Position numbers and translations under genes: made by a program. Shown piece by piece: positions 19,417-27,204 of a stretch of 42,960 nucleotides of DNA. The stretch lies in sequence record PQ847473.1; one strand, given 5' to 3'. Source of the DNA: Escherichia phage vB_EcoP_P64441. Positions within the stretch are counted from its first letter, which is position 1, and each line of letters begins with the position of its first letter. The notes beneath the pieces were generated by a model. That model was not told the DNA's origin and did no database searches. It saw only the letters and a program-made list of their open reading frames with translations.

Positions 19417-20403
19417 TTAAGTACGTTTGTTTCTTCCAATCCAACGACCCTCATCATCTAGAAGCATAGGTACTAGGCTTGGACAGCCTTCAGTTATTGT
19501 TAAAATTCCCAGAATCGGTTTGTTACGGCTTAGCTTCCCGTAAGCAAATGCCATTGCCTTATGGTCAATTAAGCAGCCGGCATGCGCCCCGAAGTACAGC
19601 GATGTTGAACTTGCTTTATAAGTTACATCGAAGGCTCCATGGAAGTGACCTATTACCATAGACATCCGCTCATGAGCAGCATTAATCAGCAAGTCACCGG
19701 CTACTTGGTGTTGAAAACGAACCGGGCCTAGCGGAGTATTCAGTACCCACGCATCTGACCAAGACCACTTCTTAGCACCATGCTCAGGGAACAGTATGTC
19801 GCGGTACTTCTTGATGAACTGTACCGGAAGGCCATGCGCCTTGGCTCTGCGATAGATAAGTGAGCCGTGGTTAGAGTCACATACCAGTAGGTTAGGGAAT
19901 AGTGCATGCACCTTCTCCAGTACCATCTTAGCTTTCTCCAGCTCAACCCCTGCGCTGTCTAGGTCAGGGTCAGAGTTGTGGAAGCTGATAGCGTGCCCAT
20001 CTGTCTCATCACCTACCTGCACTACCATGTCAGGAGCATAGCTATCCCGGACGCTGCTAAGGAAGTCAAGAGCGTCAGGATGAGTATAAGGAGCGTGCAA
20101 GTCTCCGACCACAAGGATGCGATGGCACATCTCAGGTACGTCAGTAGTTCCTATATCATCGGTCGGGGAAGGCTGGATGAGTTTACGAGCTTCAACCAAA
20201 CCCTTGTTAGCTTTTGCTTTACTGCCATTAGCTGCCTCATAAATTCTGCGCCAGTATTTAACCAGTTGACGGTAAGCTACTGGCTCGCTCAGACCAGATG
20301 CCTTGTTATAAGCTGCCGCTGCCTCAGCGTTGGATTTGTACTTGCTGAGAATCTCTTGGTGTTGCTCTTTAGTGAACAGCTTAATAGCGTTAATGCGTGG
20401 CAT
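19417..20403 (-). CDS. Calcineurin-like metallophosphoesterase (phosphatase or Mre11/SbcD-like nuclease)
   Basis: 'VVGDLHAPY' (GDxH), 'VGDETDGH' (GDxxD), 'CDSNHG' (GNH) and 'GHFHG' are the signature metal-binding motifs of the metallophosphoesterase fold. Confidence 0.6.
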   Translation of the reverse strand: MPRINAIKLFTKEQHQEILSKYKSNAEAAAAYNKASGLSEPVAYRQLVKYWRRIYEAANGSKAKANKGLVEARKLIQPSPTDDIGTTDVPEMCHRILVVGDLHAPYTHPDALDFLSSVRDSYAPDMVVQVGDETDGHAISFHNSDPDLDSAGVELEKAKMVLEKVHALFPNLLVCDSNHGSLIYRRAKAHGLPVQFIKKYRDILFPEHGAKKWSWSDAWVLNTPLGPVRFQHQVAGDLLINAAHERMSMVIGHFHGAFDVTYKASSTSLYFGAHAGCLIDHKAMAFAYGKLSRNKPILGILTITEGCPSLVPMLLDDEGRWIGRNKRT

Positions 20404-20489
20404 TGTAATTCCTCAGTTGTCTGTGCTATACCTATCAGACCTATCCCTCAAGTTTCATACTCAAGGGAATAAGTCAACAGTTTATTTAA

Positions 20490-21071
20490 TTATTCGCTTA
20501 CATTAACCCAATCAGGACGCTCACCCTTACCGCAGTAAAAGTCAATCAGGTCTAGTAAGCGTGGATAATACTTCAGCGAACTCTTACCGTCCATTTCCGC
20601 AACCTGGCGCTTACTGAAGCTGCGCCACTCTGCTGCCGTATGCTGCTGACATCCTACACGCACTATGTCATTACAGATACTAATGAAGTACGTTTCTCCG
20701 TATATAATGACAGTCTTGGCGCCGCGCAGGTCAGCGCGGCGCAGGTTAGCGCTGCGCAGGTCAGCTTCGCGCAGGTCAGCGTCGCGCAGGTCAGTGCCGG
20801 TCAGGTCAGCGCCGCGCAGGTCAGCGCCGCGCAGGTCAACGTCGCGCAGGTCAGCGCCGCTCAGGTCAGCGCCGCGCAGGTCAGTGCCGGTCAGGTCAGC
20901 GCCGCGCAGGTTAGCGTAGCGCAGGTTAGCGCCGCGCAGGTCAACGTCGCGCAGGTTAGCACTGCTCAGGTCAGCGTCGCGCAGGTCAGCGTCGCGCAGG
21001 TTAGCGCGGCGCAGGTCAACGCTGTGCAGTCTTCCTAACTTATACTTTTCGCAGATTTCTTGATAGTTCAT
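20490..21071 (-). CDS. Pentapeptide-repeat protein 2 (about 22 A(D/N)LxG/R-type repeats plus a roughly 75-aa non-repeat C-terminal domain)
   Basis: '[56 protein letters not shown]...' is a continuous pentapeptide repeat as in Qnr/MfpA DNA mimics. Encoded by a 15-bp tandem DNA repeat. The N-terminus is paralogous to 27205..27741. Confidence 0.8.
   Translation of the reverse strand: MNYQEICEKYKLGRLHSVDLRRANLRDADLRDADLSSANLRDVDLRGANLRYANLRGADLTGTDLRGADLSGADLRDVDLRGADLRGADLTGTDLRDADLREADLRSANLRRADLRGAKTVIIYGETYFISICNDIVRVGCQQHTAAEWRSFSKRQVAEMDGKSSLKYYPRLLDLIDFYCGKGERPDWVNVSE
20718..21030. repeat. 15-bp tandem repeat array (coding; pentapeptide repeats)
   Basis: Units such as 'gcgcaggtcagcgcc' / 'gcgcaggttagcgcc' repeated about 20 times. 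Confidence 0.9.
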
Positions 21072-21111
21072 AGTTAACCTATATGTAAAGAATTATTTAT
21101 TACTGGACAAA

Positions 21112-21160
21112 TCCTGATATTCATGATATAATAAAACCCTTCCTACGCAGGGCTACACCT
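21112..21160. repeat. Copy B of the conserved ~45-bp element (inverted relative to 1418..1482)
   Basis: Plus strand 'catgatataataaaacccttcctacgcagggctacacct' is the reverse complement of the match at 1438-1482. Confidence 0.5.
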
Positions 21161-21347
21161 ACTTCTCCACAACTTCATACTCAGAGGGTGCAAAAGTAAA
21201 CTCCTCATCTTCATCTCCTAAATCAACCTCTCCTGTGTCAGGGAAGAACTCATATACTTCGTGAACACTGCCTACCGGGAATCTATCCATGTACTCGAAC
21301 ATCTCGCCTACACCATATGCACTGTAGTTAAGAATGCGAACTTTCAT
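21159..21347 (-). CDS. Hypothetical small acidic protein (62 aa)
   Basis: 'DTGEVDLGDEDEEFTFAPSEYEVVEK' is strongly acidic. First ORF downstream of promoter P1. Confidence 0.4.
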   Translation of the reverse strand: MKVRILNYSAYGVGEMFEYMDRFPVGSVHEVYEFFPDTGEVDLGDEDEEFTFAPSEYEVVEK

Positions 21348-21461
21348 ATTGAATCCTCTTAAGTCTGCAACCTCACCGCGAAGTTGCTTAACTAAGAGAC
21401 TTCCTTAGCGAGCCTTATTTCTCTTAGACTCTTATCTACATCGCACTGTATTACCTGTGCA

Positions 21462-21512
21462 CGGGAGGAACCGCTCAAGCTCGTACTATCTACCCAGAGC
21501 TTTCAGGAGGGC
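21462..21512 (-). promoter_or_regulatory. Conserved leader element copy 1 (6-bp stem AAGCTC/GAGCTT, 14-nt loop with invariant GGGTAGATA on the transcribed strand)
   Basis: Flanks 'gggaggaaccgctc' and 'caggagggca' are conserved with the copies at 28797-28850 and 30337-30391. The stem sequence differs between copies but pairing is kept. Confidence 0.55.
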
Positions 21513-21579
21513 ACCGGGATTAAAGTCCCCGGTGACTATCAATCCGCTTTGCTATCTGCATCTCGTCTTGATGAAATGA

Positions 21580-21607
21580 ATTCTACAGCATTCTAAAACT
21601 GTGTCAA
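21580..21607 (-). promoter_or_regulatory. Sigma70-like promoter P1 (TTGACA-16 nt-TAGAAT) reading the minus strand
   Basis: Minus strand 'gtgTTGACAcagttttagaatgctgTAGAATtc'. Sits between the DNA polymerase gene and the 62-aa ORF. Confidence 0.5.
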
Positions 21608-21619
21608 CACTTATTTTAA

Positions 21620-22807
21620 TTAAATTACCATCTCCCCTTTAAAGGACTTACCAATCTCACATTCAGCGGGAAACTTAACTTCAGACAGTATGCCAAAGTT
21701 AGGCCACAGCTGTAGCATCCTATCACGGGCTCCTTCCATAACGTTTTTGATGAGCTTACCCGCCTTACGGGCCGTCTCTTCGTCAGCACAATCTATGTAC
21801 AAACAGTCATGGACGGTAACCAGCAAACACCATTTACCCCCCATCCAATTGTCAGCTATACCAGCCCTCATAGCCATTCCGGTTGCAATAAGCATAAGCA
21901 GGGAACCTGATCCTTGAAACGGATAGTTAGCCATCTCTGTGGGCTTAAAGTCCATTACCTGCTTACCTTCGCGCCACACCGGCTTCTGACGGAAGCGGTA
22001 GCGAGTACCGCAAGGCGTAGTGAAGTAGCCCTCGCGATAGATACGCCAGCTGCCGTCATCTGCTTGTTCACGGCGTATAGGCTCCAGCAGCGCAGTACGG
22101 TTTACTTCAGCTGCAATGACATCCCTGTACTTAATAGACTCAGGGAATAGTGCCTCCTCGTTAGCTAAGAACTTCTCAGCGTCGGCTAAGCTAGCACCTG
22201 AGGCGAACGCCAGTCCTTTAGCGGATGCTCCATATTGTGCTGCGAAGCTGAAGGTTTTGATGGCTGTTCGCTTCTTCTTCCATCCTTTATGGTCCGGTGC
22301 ATCCAGGTTATGGCAAAGCTCGTAGACTTCTTCATAAGGCATACCTTCTTGGAATGCTAGACGATAGCAGTGCATATCCGTACCGGCTTCAAGCAAGCTC
22401 AGTAATTTCTTATCACCAGTGATTACACAGCCCATTACAACCTCCATAGCTGAGTAGTCACACTGTGCAATCATACCCTGCTCACCATAGCGGCTACGCA
22501 GAATCTGCTTAACCTTAGACTCACGCGGCAGCTGCTGCATGTTCGGGTTAGATGTTGACAGGCGTCCGGTAGTAGTTGAGCAGTGATTCGACCTGTGGTG
22601 AATGATGCCAGAACCATCTGCTGATGTAGGGATGACGTACGGCAGCATGCCCGTCACCTTACGCAGACTGCCATCCTTATTAGTCTCACGTACTTCATAG
22701 AAGCCGAGGTCCTTCTGGCGTGTAGTCATTTCTTTGTATGTTTTGAAGAAGTCTGAAGCTAACTTAGCCATCTTGTTCCATCCCAATAAAATAATGTGCA
22801 AGGTCAT
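21620..22807 (-). CDS. DNA polymerase (family A), polymerase-domain ORF
   Basis: 'GRLSTSNPNMQQLP' (pre-motif A), 'CDYSAMEVV' (motif A, DYSxxE), 'RTAIKTFSFAAQYGAS' (motif B), 'VTVHDCLYID' (motif C, HD). Overlaps the upstream exonuclease-domain ORF by 44 nt in the +1 frame. Confidence 0.8.
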   Translation of the reverse strand: MTLHIILLGWNKMAKLASDFFKTYKEMTTRQKDLGFYEVRETNKDGSLRKVTGMLPYVIPTSADGSGIIHHRSNHCSTTTGRLSTSNPNMQQLPRESKVKQILRSRYGEQGMIAQCDYSAMEVVMGCVITGDKKLLSLLEAGTDMHCYRLAFQEGMPYEEVYELCHNLDAPDHKGWKKKRTAIKTFSFAAQYGASAKGLAFASGASLADAEKFLANEEALFPESIKYRDVIAAEVNRTALLEPIRREQADDGSWRIYREGYFTTPCGTRYRFRQKPVWREGKQVMDFKPTEMANYPFQGSGSLLMLIATGMAMRAGIADNWMGGKWCLLVTVHDCLYIDCADEETARKAGKLIKNVMEGARDRMLQLWPNFGILSEVKFPAECEIGKSFKGEMVI

Positions 22808-23915
22808 TCATTGCGTCCATTCCTGTGCTGTACACAGGGCTACCATCCGCTAATGTTTGAGCACCTTTGTATTCACCGCGGTCTCCGTACTTCTCACGTA
22901 GAGACTGAGGTAGGTCCTGAATATTAACCAGCCCGTCGAAGCGGTACAGGCGTTCACCCCACTTCATAGCTTGCTCGTCAGTGTCTACTTTTATGAACTT
23001 AGGCATACCCTTATTACGCCCAGACTTATACACCCCGTCCTGTACTTCCTTCTTAATGTATTTAGGTGGGTCATAAGGAACCTTGCACTTGTACTTAACC
23101 GTGCCGCCATACACTAAAGCGGACATATGATAACCGCTATTCCATTTAAACTCGAAGCCCTCTGGCAATTCTGGCAAGAATGTCTGAAGTAACTCCCGCA
23201 GATTCCGAATAGCGTCCTCCTGCTCCTTCTGATTAGCTCTGGCTGTAGGCATATCAACGTACACGCCATTGAACTCACAGTATGCCAGAGCTGCGACTGC
23301 CTCCATCCTTTCCCAGACCATAGGCATCTGTCCACGTTCCGCAAATACTGCGCATTGCCCGTAGAAGCACAGCGCTGTGTTGACTATGTCACCGTTAGGC
23401 CCTGTTAAGTATTCATGTAGTAGCATAGGGTCAATGTCTGCTGTCAGAACCCCTTGCTGCCATAGTAGCTTAACGCCGTCGACTTTGTGTGACCCGCCAT
23501 ACTTAGGGGCAGTCTCATCTAGTGACGGGTAAAGATTCTGGAAGTCGCTGGCAATGTACTCGCCCTGCATAGTATCAAAGACTCGACCTCCTCGTCTAAG
23601 GAACGACTCGAACTGCTCACGGGCAAAGGTCAGCGCCCAGCTAATCTCGTACGCTGCGTTGTGCGCTACGATTAACCACGTATCATCCTGAATAGGTAGC
23701 CACTGCTTAGGGTCAGCTGCTAAGAAATCAGTTCGGGATTCATAGCGTACACTCTGCACCTCGCTGCACTGTACAGTCCCATCCGGCATAGTCCTATCGA
23801 TGCGGAAGCCTGATTCTACGATGTAGTTATCAGGGCAGTACGGAGTTGCGACCCCGCCGTAGTACGGATGATTTTGAGTTTCAATATCCCAAATTAGAAT
23901 GCTACTCATTTCCAA
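22764..23915 (-). CDS. DNA polymerase (family A), N-terminal 3'-5' exonuclease-domain ORF
   Basis: 'LIWDIETQ' is an Exo I (DxE) motif. Contiguous with the polymerase-domain ORF. The called start at 23915 is TTG; a likely ATG start lies at 23909 (MSSILIWDIET). Confidence 0.7.
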   Translation of the reverse strand: MEMSSILIWDIETQNHPYYGGVATPYCPDNYIVESGFRIDRTMPDGTVQCSEVQSVRYESRTDFLAADPKQWLPIQDDTWLIVAHNAAYEISWALTFAREQFESFLRRGGRVFDTMQGEYIASDFQNLYPSLDETAPKYGGSHKVDGVKLLWQQGVLTADIDPMLLHEYLTGPNGDIVNTALCFYGQCAVFAERGQMPMVWERMEAVAALAYCEFNGVYVDMPTARANQKEQEDAIRNLRELLQTFLPELPEGFEFKWNSGYHMSALVYGGTVKYKCKVPYDPPKYIKKEVQDGVYKSGRNKGMPKFIKVDTDEQAMKWGERLYRFDGLVNIQDLPQSLREKYGDRGEYKGAQTLADGSPVYSTGMDAMNDLAHYFIGMEQDG

Positions 23916-24047
23916 TTACTCCGACGTGATTTATTAATGGCTGCCCGTACAATCATCTCGCTACTGTCCAGCGTGTAGCGCCTAACCTGCTTACGATTGT
24001 TAGCAATTGCTCTGATGACTTCGTAGTCTGCCTCAGTAATATCACTT

Positions 24048-24203
24048 TGCTTTAGCATTGTTATTCACCTCACCTTTAAGGCCAGCTAGATGGGATTTAA
24101 GGCACTCGACTAACTCAACAATAGTATCCTCATCCAGTTCGAACATTCCTGAATCCCCCTGCTCCAACTCTATTAATTTTAAAGCTGCTTCATGTAATGT
24201 CAT
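24048..24203 (-). CDS. Small ORF (about 52 aa), below the track threshold
   Basis: Hand translation of the minus strand gives 'MTLHEAALKLIELEQGDSGMFELDEDTIVELVECLKSHLAGLKGEVNNNAKAK'. Acidic. Unverified. Confidence 0.25.
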
Positions 24204-24256
24204 TGCCTTACCTCCTAGTTAGTTGACACTACGCCCCTTGCGAGACGTAGTAGCTA

Positions 24257-24682
24257 CTATACTACGGCTTTCCACTTCTTACCAGTACGTGCCTCACATA
24301 CTGTAGCAGGGTCTACTCCGAATTTAAGGGCTAATGCCCTACCTCCAAACTCAGGATGTCGCGGCACATAGTTCTCTCGAATGTAACGTACTGCATCCTC
24401 AGTAAGCTTAGATATGTAGTGCTGACTTCCTTTACTCATACGCCCCTTTCCTTGCATATCCTTCATGTTATCATCCTGACTACCTAACCTTAAGTGTTCA
24501 GGATTAACACATCTTGGGTTATCGCAAGTGTGCATCACTACGCTACCTTTTATCTGGCTGACTGGAATCTGCTTATTAAAACAGTAGGCCAGCCTGTGCA
24601 GCATTACCTGTTCCCCTTCCCAATACCCATTACCATAACCAGCCTTATTACCTTTCTGATTATGCTCTATGCAATTACTCAT
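24257..24682 (-). CDS. HNH homing endonuclease
   Basis: 'LHRLAY...VVMHTCDNPRCVNPEHLRLGSQDDN' is a classic phage HNH motif. Inserted between the helicase and DNA polymerase genes. Confidence 0.75.
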   Translation of the reverse strand: MSNCIEHNQKGNKAGYGNGYWEGEQVMLHRLAYCFNKQIPVSQIKGSVVMHTCDNPRCVNPEHLRLGSQDDNMKDMQGKGRMSKGSQHYISKLTEDAVRYIRENYVPRHPEFGGRALALKFGVDPATVCEARTGKKWKAVV

Positions 24683-25965
24683 GCTAACCCCTCGCTAAAT
24701 TGACATGTACCACCGTTAAACTCTACCTGAAATTGAACATACGCTGGACTGCCTGACAGTCCTAGCTTATTTTTTGGTGTCGAGATTCCACGTACCGTAG
24801 CCATATCCGGCCTATCGTTAACATTCATGCGACCCATCATAATACACAAATCTAAAGCCCCTTGAATTCCTATCTTAGAACCTTTCAGCGCTGTCAGCGG
24901 GGGGTACATACAGTCATACCCTTCGACTGACAGCTGCACAGTTCCTAAGATTATACAGTCGTGTTCGCATCCTAAGATTCGTAACTGCTGCCACTTCTGC
25001 TCTAATGCCTGGTATTCAGATTCAGCGTTCCCGCCTTTGATGTTACTTACCATGTCCACCACCAGCACAGCTGGGCGCATCTCTTCCAGCAGACTGCTAA
25101 TCTGCCCGAGCCCAATGCTATGCGCATCCTTAACGCGAATCTTATCCCACGTCCCAACCTTCTTCAGATACTTATCAGCGAACTTACCTTCTTTATGCTG
25201 CTCAACAATCTGCTGCAAGGTAAGTCCAGTAGCTGCCTGATAGATACGCGGAACAGTACGCTTAGCTAGTGATTCGTTCACTAACCAGAGTATAGGTCTG
25301 TCAGAGTAGATGTCAGGGCTTTGATGCATCTGCTCTGCAAGCGAGACAACGGTAGCAGCAAGCAGACTCGTCTTTCCCGCGTCCACTGGTGCAGCAACAG
25401 CGACGCAATCACCACCACGCAGGCCGCGAATGTTCCGAGATAACTCAGAGAATACAGTAAGCTGTAACCCGCCGCTTTCATCAGTAGCTGCAAGGATATC
25501 ATCTACACCTCCGTCTTCCCATTTCAATAATGAATCATTAGCAGCTGCTACGCCTGAGTACTTACGCTCAAGCGCTTTAGCTTCTTGTACGAAATCTATT
25601 TCCCCTCCTGCCTGATACTTACTTACAAGCGCAGCCATCTCACCTGAGTAAGCCAGCTCGTTCAGAGTCTTAACTGTACCAGCTACAAGCTCGTTAGGTA
25701 CGTTCTGGATAGTCTTAAGCATATGCTTCAGGATATCCATCTGCTCTTTCTGAAGATGCGTACCGCGCATATCCAAGAGCGTATTCATCGTCTCAAAGTT
25801 AACTTCGTTAGAGTCAGGGTAAGTTGCAAAGTACAGTTGCAGCCAACCAATCATCGCTACTGTATCAGGTGCTAACAGAGACTTAGGTGTCTGCTCATAC
25901 AACCTGTCCATTATCTTACGTTCACAGAAAGCGCGTAGTAAATTAAAGTCCATCAAGTGCTCCAA
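24679..25965 (-). CDS. Replicative DNA helicase (DnaB / T7 gp4 helicase-domain-like)
   Basis: 'VAVAAPVDAGKTSLL' is a Walker A motif; 428 aa; directly downstream of the primase gene. Confidence 0.75.
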   Translation of the reverse strand: MEHLMDFNLLRAFCERKIMDRLYEQTPKSLLAPDTVAMIGWLQLYFATYPDSNEVNFETMNTLLDMRGTHLQKEQMDILKHMLKTIQNVPNELVAGTVKTLNELAYSGEMAALVSKYQAGGEIDFVQEAKALERKYSGVAAANDSLLKWEDGGVDDILAATDESGGLQLTVFSELSRNIRGLRGGDCVAVAAPVDAGKTSLLAATVVSLAEQMHQSPDIYSDRPILWLVNESLAKRTVPRIYQAATGLTLQQIVEQHKEGKFADKYLKKVGTWDKIRVKDAHSIGLGQISSLLEEMRPAVLVVDMVSNIKGGNAESEYQALEQKWQQLRILGCEHDCIILGTVQLSVEGYDCMYPPLTALKGSKIGIQGALDLCIMMGRMNVNDRPDMATVRGISTPKNKLGLSGSPAYVQFQVEFNGGTCQFSEGLA

Positions 25966-26713
25966 GTATTTGGCTGCATTGAGCAGCCTTTGGGTCTACG
26001 TTCAGATGCCTATCATGCACGGGCACGAAGGGCTTAAGTTGCTTAGTAATTGAAACCGTGCCGTTCCAACCTGCACGGTCATCGTCTAACATACAGATTA
26101 CTGGCTTACCTTCTTTAATAAGTTGGGCCTTAAGCCCAAGCGGAAACTTCGTCCCAAGCAAAGCTATTGCCTGAGCAGTCTGTGAAGAATACTTCTCCAA
26201 GACCTGCTGAACCTTCAGCGCTGAAAGGTAGTCCTCGGTCAGTATCGTTATGGTTCCAGTATTCCCAAGCTGCACCCACTGTAATGACTTCCCTAGCATC
26301 ACCCACTTCGGATGCTGGTACTCGTGCAGTGCTCTTGCTATGTAACTTCCCGTTGATAATTTCCACACTAACCTCTTGTATTGTTCTGAGTAATAAACGT
26401 CGCCGACCATATCAGGCCAGATGCCTTTCTGTATTAAGAATCCGTATAGGAACTGCTGAAGCCCTACGTCCAGTTCAGGCAGCGGCTTCAGGTCCTGAGG
26501 GGCGGCTAACTCACGCCCCAGCACTTCTGGTACTGCTAATTGAGCGTACTGCTTACGCTCTGAATGATATGACTTGCATCTGAAGCAAGAGCAAGTCCAC
26601 TTATCTGGCTCGTTCCTGATTACTGCTGCTGCTGTTTTACCGCAGCATCGGAATCTTTCAGTTTGACCAACAGCCAATCTCTGTGCTGCTCTAAGCCATT
26701 GCTCGTTAGCCAT
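25943..26713 (-). CDS. DNA primase (zinc-ribbon plus TOPRIM-like)
   Basis: N-terminal Cys cluster 'CCGKTAAAVIRNEPDKWTCSCFRC' looks like a zinc ribbon. 'VICMLDDDRAGWNG' is an acidic TOPRIM-like motif. Overlaps the helicase gene by 23 nt. Confidence 0.6.
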   Translation of the reverse strand: MANEQWLRAAQRLAVGQTERFRCCGKTAAAVIRNEPDKWTCSCFRCKSYHSERKQYAQLAVPEVLGRELAAPQDLKPLPELDVGLQQFLYGFLIQKGIWPDMVGDVYYSEQYKRLVWKLSTGSYIARALHEYQHPKWVMLGKSLQWVQLGNTGTITILTEDYLSALKVQQVLEKYSSQTAQAIALLGTKFPLGLKAQLIKEGKPVICMLDDDRAGWNGTVSITKQLKPFVPVHDRHLNVDPKAAQCSQILGALDGL

Positions 26714-26892
26714 GATTCTATTAACTCCTTAACGTTATCACTCGTAACAAATACCGTACTGCATGCAGGGTTATCCTCAAATCCGTGCAGCTGGTCTATA
26801 CGGTAGATACTGCTACTCCCTGTCTTGATAGGGGAAATCTTTAAGTTGTGCTCAACGAAGTTCATTAGATGCCTCTGTAGGATGTCTGCCAT
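26620..26892 (-). CDS. Hypothetical protein (90 aa)
   Basis: ORF only. Confidence 0.3.
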   Translation of the reverse strand: MADILQRHLMNFVEHNLKISPIKTGSSSIYRIDQLHGFEDNPACSTVFVTSDNVKELIESWLTSNGLEQHRDWLLVKLKDSDAAVKQQQQ

Positions 26893-27194
26893 TCATAATA
26901 CTCAATGCAAGCAGCCTTAAACGCCTGCTTAGCGCCCTCATACCCCAGCTGCTGCAACTGCCTTACTATATCGAAATTGATGCGTCGCAGGACCTCTGAG
27001 GCCCTTTCAGCATCATACTTATAATAACCTACCAACAACCGCATACCTTCCTTAGTATCGTAGTCCCTGCACCATTTTAAAGGGCAGAGCTTACGCAGTT
27101 CAATCGGTACGTCCTTTAACGTCTTAAGGCCTAAGCTGCTCTGGCTCTCGAGCATACGCCAGTACTGCTCTGTTACTTCTTCTACTGGTAACAT
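26865..27194 (-). CDS. Hypothetical protein (109 aa)
   Basis: ORF only. Confidence 0.35.
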   Translation of the reverse strand: MLPVEEVTEQYWRMLESQSSLGLKTLKDVPIELRKLCPLKWCRDYDTKEGMRLLVGYYKYDAERASEVLRRINFDIVRQLQQLGYEGAKQAFKAACIEYYEWQTSYRGI

Positions 27195-27204
27195 GCCTAG
27201 CTCC

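Noticed and set aside
20718-21030. Possible CRISPR array suggested by regularly spaced short repeats
   Set aside because: The repeats are contiguous 15-bp units without spacers and lie inside a coding sequence. This is a coding tandem repeat, not a CRISPR array.
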